Made by a program: the position numbers and the translations under genes. A stretch of 59,426 bases of DNA, counting the filler, from Sphacelaria rigidula (Eukaryota), in assembly GCA_964200075.2 (NCBI GenBank). It is 5 parts of 5 records of this genome, joined end to end, with 100 filler letters (N's around TTAATTAATTAA, not from the genome) between each part and the next. Parts side by side here need not be neighbours in the genome. Positions count along the whole stretch, not along the records: positions 47,624 to 59,426 come from CAXNAA020004479.1; 4 more parts are not named here. One strand, given 5' to 3'. Below, piece after piece: positions 51,101 through 59,426 of this stretch; position 1 is the stretch's first letter; each line of letters starts with the position of its first letter. The notes below the pieces were generated by a model. It saw nothing but the letters and a program-made list of their open reading frames with translations, was not told the DNA's origin and did no database searches.

Positions 51101-54100
51101 TCTGGTTATACCAGTTATAACCTACAGCTCCGCTGCCTGGTATCACAGCCAACTCAAAAGCTGAACCAAGGTATCGTTAAGCACACCCATAGTGTCATCT
51201 TCATTTGCTCTTTCACTCCAAACAGAAGTACGCAAAGGCCAGGTAATTTTACTAGTTGTGTGCTCGCCACCCGTGAGACGTTTTGTGCCCCTACATATTT
51301 CAACAGCGGAGCAGTAACATCGTGCAACAGCATAATCCTGCATGACTGTATCCATCCTTCGTCGAACGCATTCACCTTGGTGTTATACGCGCAGTAGTTC
51401 ATTTTGTGGTGTACGAGACGGAACGTGCCGACACAAGTTCAGAAGCGCTGACGTTATTTATCGTATACCCTAGAGAGGCTGAGAGATTTCCTGTCGTGAC
51501 CTCCCGGTTTCATGTGGTCTTTCAGGCTTGGCCACATCAGACTTTTCTGCAGACAACGGGGGTTAGCTATGTCCAGTGCCGCGTGTCGTTCTCGATTGAT
51601 GACAGTATAACATTTGTGCTGAATTTTGCAGTTAAAAGCCGCCCCAACCGTGTCCCGCAGGGCAAACATCATGAGGCTGACTTGCTCTATCTTCGCTCTA
51701 TCGAGATTGTGGAGAGCACCCTAGGCCCTGCGCACCCATCTGTTGCCAGGGGGCTCAACAACCGTGGGGGGCTTTTGGACACTCAGGTCAGAGTGGTGCT
51801 TGTTTCCCAGTGCCTCGACGTTGACGTTTCCCGCTTGACATTAGAAGAAACTCCCCGTTCCTGTGGCACTTTCAGCGATGTCCGCCGTTATTACTCGCCC
51901 TGCAGGGTAAATATGCCGCGAGTGAGAGCATGTACATCAAAGCCCAGGAAATCTTCGAAAATTCTGTCGGCCGCGATAGTCTCGAAGTAGTGGCAACTCT
52001 CAACAATCGGGCGATGTGGTGCAGGAATCAGGTGAGGGCCCTGCGCAGTTTGCTGCACTTCAGGTCGGGATATAGCGATGGTAATGTTTCACATTGCTGA
52101 GGACTACAGTGACAGGCAAGCAAACGGACCCTTGCGTCTGACAGGGACGGTACGATGAGGCAGACGGGTTTTATCTTCGTGCCATCGCGATTGGAGAAAA
52201 TATCTTAGGCCCCCACCACCCGGAGCTGGTATTAGCGCTAAACAACCAGGCCAATTCATTGTGCGACCAGGTGAGCGCCGGTCGGTGGTACATATAGCTT
52301 CACGCTGTCATCGACGCGCACTAATTGCATGCTGTCCAGGTTAGTCGCTGATAGTCAACTCGGTGTTGCTAGCAGTACGCGAGGCGAACGTGGTGTACAA
52401 ATAGTATCGACCACACGTGGCTCCAAACGTCAACAGGAGTCCGCAGGCTGTTTAAGTCGTTATAGTGGTACATACTGAACATTCGATGTTGCGCTCTTGT
52501 TGTCTGCGCATCATCACGTAGGGCAAGCTAACGGAGGCGAGAAGAGTGTATCAGCGAGCTATCGATATTTTTGAGAAGACCTTGGGCGAGGAACACCCAA
52601 ATACAGCCATGGCTCTCACCAACCTGGCGGGCTTGTTGAAACAACAGGTGACACTTGCAACAAAGTTGAATTCGAAGCCGTATCTTCGTCAGCGAGACCC
52701 GGAAATCAAGTATCTTGTCTCCTGGGAACGGATCCTGGCATGAAGACTCTGCTATCATGTTGCACATGGGGCTGTACCTATCGTCGTTCGTTCTCACGCT
52801 TATGTTTGAGTGCGCAATCCACATCACAGACGCCATCCCGACATCAAATTCACGGTGCCCTCGCAGCGCAACTTCGACGGGGCTGACCGTTTGTACCAAC
52901 GTGCGCTGGTGGTGGACGAGAAAGTGTACGGTTCTAACCATAATGAAGTGGCTACAGTTCTCAACAACTGGGGAGAACTGCTGGAGTTGCAGGTGAGACT
53001 ATCATTTCTAGCATTCGTTCGATGTTGCAAGGTTCACGCCTAAACCGATACTCTATACCGCATACTTTCTACTACGGCTGACAGCAACAACTTCGTCGGC
53101 GCTGACACGGTTCCCCATTAAGACATCTTGAAGTCGTTCTCAACCTCTCATGGCTTTGTTGGGCATTCACGCTACAATTTGATTGTCATCCTGACAATTG
53201 TTGATGATTTCACGCAGGGAAAATATGATGGCGCTCTCCTACTGTACGAGCGTTCGTTGACCATCCGCGAGGCGTTTTTTTCCCCGGAACACGCAGCTGT
53301 AGGGACAGCTCTTGGTAACAAGGCAGGATGCTTGATGGAACTGGTGAGACGAGGTATTAACCCCGAAAGTATCCTCGCTGTTTTTACTCTTGTGAAGTTT
53401 TTTTTTTACATTCTACACTTCGCCTTGTTCGTTGTGTTTGTCTTTTCTCACATTTTTATTAGACTTGTTGCAGGGTCACTATTTTGTAAACTTTTGTTTT
53501 TTCTGTTTTCCGTTTATTTTATTTTATTTTTTCCAGACACTAAATGCATACATTTGATGGACTCCCATGGCGCGTTGTCTTTTTTGTAGATATTTTCCCG
53601 AGAGTTCTAGCGCCAGTTCTTTTTCCAGCTCTGTAAGCACGAGCTGGTCTGTGTGTAGTCGACTAGAAGTGATCATTTATTAGAGCAATCAATCTCAACC
53701 AAGCAATCGAGGATTACCACGAAAATTTGCAGTATTTTGGCTTTTCTGCGGTCTTACCTTGCTGCCCAAATCTCACAGGGTGATTACGCCGGGGCCGAAA
53801 ACCTATACAGGCAGGCGCAAAAAATCTTCGAAACATCGCTCGGCCCAAATCATCGTAAAGTCGGGGCCATTCTCAACAATCGGGGGGTATTGTTGAAGCG
53901 ACAGGTGAATTCCTTTGTTGAAGCGACAGGTGAATTCCCGAGGATGCTTCGAGTTCGATTGATCTGTTGCCATTCAGTATCGTTCACAAAGGTAAAGAGA
54001 ACCCTTGTCACGAGTGTTGGTTGGTAAAGCCTTGGATGAGAGCATGCTGATGTGGCGGGGTTCTGTCTCCGTTGCCCCGCAGCGCGCTTGGCCGGAAACG

Positions 54101-57100
54101 CCCCTTGCACAAAATCACGCGCGATTTCCTTTAAAGCAAAACTTGAGTGAAGTTGATCTGCTGTGCTGGTGCTCACTGGCGGTATATTCGCTTTCATGTG
54201 TTCTACGACAGTCTTGACCCTCTCATCAGATATTTAGTTGTCAGAAATCAGGCTGATCATTGAGAAATGCAAGAAACACTTCACGCTGGAGTTCGCCACT
54301 CAGTATTGACTGTTCATTGTTTCATCCGCTGACGCAAGACTGTGTACGGAAGACTGGCTGTGTACCCTTTGTCCGGTCTGCTATTAAATGCCTCGCATTG
54401 CCCGTGGTCTTTGATGACATCAAGCCGTTGCACTAAACCGAGCGTCATTGCACGAAGTGAAAACCATCCGTTGCCCCCCGCTTGTTATTTGCATCGTTTC
54501 TGTTTGGTGTGACAGCTAATGGTAGGGGTACCTGCATGAATTGGGTAGGATTCACCATTTTGTACCCACTGCATCCGCGCAATGGCAATGGTTTGCATTC
54601 TCGTTTACATCAACCGCTATCGGACTCCAACGGCTGGGCTCCCGATACCTTCCTTTTGTCTGTCATGCAGAAACGGTATGGCGAAGCTCTTCATCTGCAC
54701 CGTCGCGCGTTAACTATTTTGGTGAAAGCGCTCGGCGTGGACCACCCAGATGTTGCCGTGGCTCTTGGCTACAATGCTTCGTGCTTAACAGAAGTGGTGA
54801 GTGCCATGGTGTCGGCGAACCGATTCTCATCGTTCGTTTGGTGAGCCTGCATAACGCGCTGTGATTTGCCCATTCTATTCCTCGTCCGACAGGGCGAATT
54901 CGCTGAAGCTGGGCCGATTTACAGAAGGGCACATGAAGCCTTCGAGAAGTCGTTTGGCCCGCGCCATTCCAAAGTTGCGAGTATTCTCAACATGTGGGCA
55001 CTGTCCTTAGAAGAGCAGGTGAGGATAGTGAAACGTTAACGGTAGTGCCCGCAAACGCTTTGTGATCAAAAGCCTTCGCCTGACGGCACATTCATGGAAC
55101 CATTATCCTCTTTGAACAGTCAAGGACTGGATGCGAAATGATCGCCTGCTACCGGTGCCAAAACAAATTGTTTTGATTGCGCCAGTCTCCTATATGTAGA
55201 CCTATTTTCTCCGCGGGAAGAAACCGATATCTCGAACCCCTCGTGGGAACGCGTCAGATATTCCTTGCTACCCCCTGCCCCCTCTCGTCCCTCCATTTGA
55301 CAGAGGGCTCTCGCTCAGTGCTCAACACCTTGGCTCCGCCTGGGGGAATATGTTACTAATGTAAGACAAACTAATCGTCGCGCAGGGCGAGGTAGACGAG
55401 GCTGACACTCGTTATCTTCGCGCCATCGAAATTGCAGAGGAGGCGGACCACCTGGAGCATGCCAAGCTACTCAACAACAGGGCGTTTTTGCTACGGAAAC
55501 AGGTGTGGACAATGTTCAGATCACTGTTACATATTCGATGGACGTGCCGTCAGGAATGCACCTACTCGCCGACGAAAGGTAGGGAACCCTTTCCTTCCGA
55601 CGTATTTCGTCTTGGTACCAAACACCCGTAATTTCACAAGCCTGCTACTGTACATACCTGTCATTTCCCCCGGCACTTTGATATGGATGTAGTGTACAAG
55701 TAGGGACGTCGATATGCTTAGTTGCATGATAAGTGAATGATCTGTTCTTGATTTTCTATTGAAAAATTAACGGTTTACGTGGTTAGAGGTTGACTCCCTC
55801 TATCCCATGTGTTCGTTATCGTTTTAGCTATTGTCAATATATATCAAGTTTGAGATTCGGTCAAATTCGAGCATATAATTCAAGGCCCCACGACTTCACC
55901 TTGTGCATATATGTCCCCGATATAATTTCCCATTACAAAATAGGTGAGAAATGCATTCTGATGTTTTGCTTTTGTGGTACCAAGTTTTTCAGAGACATAC
56001 ATTGGGGGGTCAGCTAAAGTGCGACAATAAAATCAATCATACGGATCGGATCAAAGTCGGCCGAAACAATCGTGGTTGATGGGCGATCACACCTCAACAT
56101 GACCCCTGATTAGAGACCTGAGTGAAGACAACGTGCTTTCAGGTGCTTCAAATGTGTTGGACTGAGGTTTCGTATGCTTTTGTGCGAGATGATTTGGATG
56201 ATATATATTGACGTGGTTCGAACAATAATTTGAGGGGTACTCCGCGTAGAGCATTCCACGCGACGCTCACGACCCACTTCTGAATGACCGCTCTGCGTCC
56301 TTGAGGTGCTCACCACCCCTATATCTCTCACATAATCCGCCGGCTAAGGACCGGATCCTTCCCACGAGATCTACGGCAAGATGGGGAAATGCGTGTTGAC
56401 GTGATTTTGAAAAGGCGCAGAATAACACCGGTAACAAATTCGATGTAACCATCGATAGCGACGGGTACCAGTAGTGTTACACGGATGACCTCCTGCCGAC
56501 AATCGTGAGAGGTTGTCCATTATGCGAGGACGGCGACCTGACCGCGCAGCAGGACGGCGCGAGTCCGCACACCGGTAAAGGCACGCCACGAAGCTAAATC
56601 GAGCAAGGAGGGGTGGGGAATGGAGCATCGAGCTCATGAAGTAGTCTGCACAATTTCCAAATCTCAACGCCAACGATTTGGATTTCATCGCATCCTTCAA
56701 AAGCAGGATATCGAAGGAAAGATACAGTACACCACACGATCTTGAAGCGGGAGTGAGGTGATGTTCTACGATTATGATTGATTGGTTGTCGTACTTGAAT
56801 TGATCCCCCAGGGGTCCAGCCGTGATCACAAGATAGACGTGACTGAGATAAAATATGGAGAAGAGTGAAGAAAACAGATAAGGTAGAAAAAACAGAGTAG
56901 ACTACGAAAATAAATAGTGGCACGAATGTTTTAGAGGGGGATATGGCAGGATTTCTTCGAAACGTTAAGTCATGTGTTGAGAGCGCTGGTGGGGAACGAT
57001 ATCAATGATCAATGTTGAGCACATTAGCACGTGAAAAAGGCAGCATGAGAGATTCTTAGCCGAATACTCACAATTGAAGCAGACGGCATTGACCCGGCGT

Positions 57101-58364
57101 TGAGTTGGTGGATTAAAGGACGAGACGAGATTTATAGATAATTCAATTCGGTGCAGATGCCGAGAAATAAGGGAAACAAACTATGTGTTGATCGGAGGTT
57201 CGTTCCGGCGATTTCGGTGATTAACCACAAACTGTAACCGTTCTTGGTCGAGTTTCTGCCTTTTGAACAGTTGTCAATCCAGAAAGGAAGGCTTCCAGAT
57301 GAAACTTGTTCAACTAGCTTGTATTGAGAAATTACTTTGGGGTGTTGAGCTAGTGTTGGATATCGAACCACTTTTCACTTCGATACGATGTCGACATTTT
57401 CAGCGCTCAATATCTTGGAATCCCAACTAAACCTTTCTTGAGGCTCGCCCGTCTGTGTTGTGACTAGGCACGGACTCGGATGCGCGTATACATCAAGTGT
57501 AACATGCTCTGCGAGCGATATGCATGTAATACTGCTGTGGGGAATCTACGCACATGTACGGGTGTATGAGGTGCACGCGTGTAACTGATATGTACTTCGT
57601 ATATGCACCTTATGGTGTAGGCTAAGTGCAACCTCGCGATGACGCTTTTTACTATAGTACCTCAAGTTCGAAGTAACTGTTCTTGCGTACTACTCTTCGA
57701 TAAAACTCGGAAGTGCTAGCGTCGGTAGATTTTGGCACAAAAAACAGATCGTTCTGAAAACACATTGCCCAAGTTAGTGTTAATTGGTGTTATCGGGCGA
57801 TTCGAGTAGATACCACGTTTATCAGGAGGGTGTTATTGACCGTGAAACACAGCTGTTAAGCTCTATCACAATGGGTGGGTGCATTAATATATATAAATAT
57901 ATATTGTTTTTCATTTCTTCACAAGTACGATCGGGACAGGCTCGATCGACCGAAAATACCGAAGAGCCAGAATCTGGCGCCGAAACGTGGCAGGCCCCCG
58001 ATGACCGGTCAGCCAGTAAGTCACTCAATATTGAATACTGAGTTTTTTTCTTGGAATATGGAGCGGATACTAGTATCTTCGGATCCCCGATGTGATGAGC
58101 GGTGGCAAGCGGAAGAACCCAAGAAAATTGCCAATTGCGAAGAAGTTGCAAATACCCTGCTTTGAGCTTGATGTACTGTATCGACATTTGACGCAGGGGA
58201 GATATGACGAGGTGGTGCCTCTCTTGGAAAGGGCATTGGGGATAAGGAAGAAGATGCTGGGGGAGCATGACAAGTACACATTGGAGAGCTTGTCGGCACT
58301 TGGCATTGTGCAAGAAGAGGTTCGTTGTGTATTATGTTGCACCGTCTACCAATATACAACGTGA
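48194..58364 (+). CDS. RelA/SpoT-like nucleotidyltransferase domain plus ~12 TPR repeats; 5' end not identified. Exons: 48194(or 48198)-48709, 49759-50109, 50259-50390, 50918-51043, 51661-51786, 51906-52031, 52145-52270, 52522-52647, 52867-52992, 53218-53343, 53779-53904, 54671-54796, 54893-55018, 55386-55502, 58197-58364 (or donor at 58319)
   Basis: All internal junctions are AG|...|GT in phase 0 and splice into one open frame. Synthetase motifs are VKSLESATRK, LTDMARLSVV, GGYRDVKV, CEIQLH and HVVYE. Ten exons are exactly 126 nt and encode kinesin-light-chain-type TPRs (G..EA...Y.RA..I.E..LG..HP.VA..LNN.A..L..Q). Confidence 0.88.
53985..54062 (+). pseudogene. Degenerate TPR pseudo-exon inside an intron
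   Basis: With small indels it reads PLYECWL..KALDEEHADVA, against the repeat consensus PLYERSL....KALG.EHPDVA. Confidence 0.5.
57770..58155 (+). repeat. Uninterrupted copy of the dispersed repeat seen at 11945-13446, in the last intron of the TPR gene
   Basis: Colinear similarity: gttatcg.gcgat.cgagtagatacc.cgtttatcaggaggg ... gatgtgatgagcggtggcaagcg. Confidence 0.85.
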
Positions 58365-59426
58365 AGCCAGGGTGCCAACGTGTGCTGATCGACCAAGTGC
58401 ATAGCCCTTTCTATAGTGTAGTGAGTTTTTTTTAGTAGGTGCAGCGCCTGCTTTTGGTCATGGCTGACGGGTGTATTTCATTTCGGCCCCCACCTTCGTT
58501 CGTCCCGCTCGTCACAGATGGCGGAACGAGAATCTCCGACATCATGGTGGCGAAATATTGTCTGCAACGTGTCGTAGGTGTAGCCAGTATCACGCCCGCG
58601 GACATGTGGCGGGCCTGGTCGAGCAAAACAGCGCCGAGTAGCTCCCTATCGCTTTGAGTGGTGTCTCGTGTATTCATGCTTGAGTCGTACGCGGATGTTG
58701 GGAACCTAACGCTGCAAATAGTCAGAACTCGAGGGGTATTTCTTGCCAACTTCGATGTCGAGTAATCATGTACTTCAAAGTATCTCGTACATGGCTTTTA
58801 TTCTGCACACCTGCTGGTCCTGGAAGCACCCATCATCTCCTGCGGTATACGAAAATCGAAGATGTGCCTTGAGACGACGACAGAAAAAAGCCGAACCTGC
58901 CGCAGATCCTAAGTGAAATTCGATATTATTACGGCCATCCACATACCCATCTACACTCACAGTTCGAATCTTGCTCCACTCGATGCATCTCTTTGCAGGC
59001 ACGATGCTTCTATGAGCTCTACTATGTCGCGAAAGCAGCCATCGACTCCTGGGGCACGCATGAATCGATGTTTCGCTTGCAGACGACTGGACAAACACCG
59101 AACCCACCGCGAGTGCTGAATGAAACATGATCTTGTTGTAGTAGAGCTCGGAAATGGTACCGGTTATAACTGGCCATTATCATTAAATAAAATGGGGAAA
59201 TAATGGTAACGGTTACGTAAACTTTCCAAATTCACGAAGTGAATTGCTTTCTGCTTCGGGGTAAAAAATTCGACTCGCCGTTTTTCTGCGACTCGATCTT
59301 CGCTACATTTTCCCTCTCTGAAATCCCCATTGATTTCGTTTGGGGGTGTACTCATGATCATGCATACCATAGTCATAAGACCATTGACCTCGCATCCCGA
59401 CAAAGCCGGGGCGGAGCACGCCGGGT

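Overview
This is eukaryotic genomic DNA, most likely from a brown alga (Phaeophyceae; inferred from long GT-AG introns, 126-nt one-TPR-per-exon arrays and the repeat landscape). The window is not one locus. It is five unplaced contigs of 11807, 11807, 11805, 11804 and 11803 bp, ordered by size and joined by identical artificial 100-nt spacers (N44-TTAATTAATTAA-N44). Contig 1 holds a decayed Ty3/Gypsy chromovirus-like LTR retrotransposon. Contig 2 holds the 5' five exons of an OFD1-like LisH/coiled-coil centriolar gene with MITE-filled flanks and intron 1. Contig 3 holds a second decayed Ty3/Gypsy element with near-identical LTRs and a chromo-like plus Tudor-like integrase tail. Contig 4 is nested MITEs, tRNA-derived SINEs and one parallel beta-helix exon. 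Contig 5 is the highlight: a spliced gene encoding a RelA/SpoT-type (small alarmone synthetase-like) nucleotidyltransferase domain with all five synthetase motifs recognisable, followed by about 12 phase-0 exons that each encode one TPR. It is a candidate immune sensor with a shuffleable TPR array coupled to an alarmone/toxSAS-like effector.
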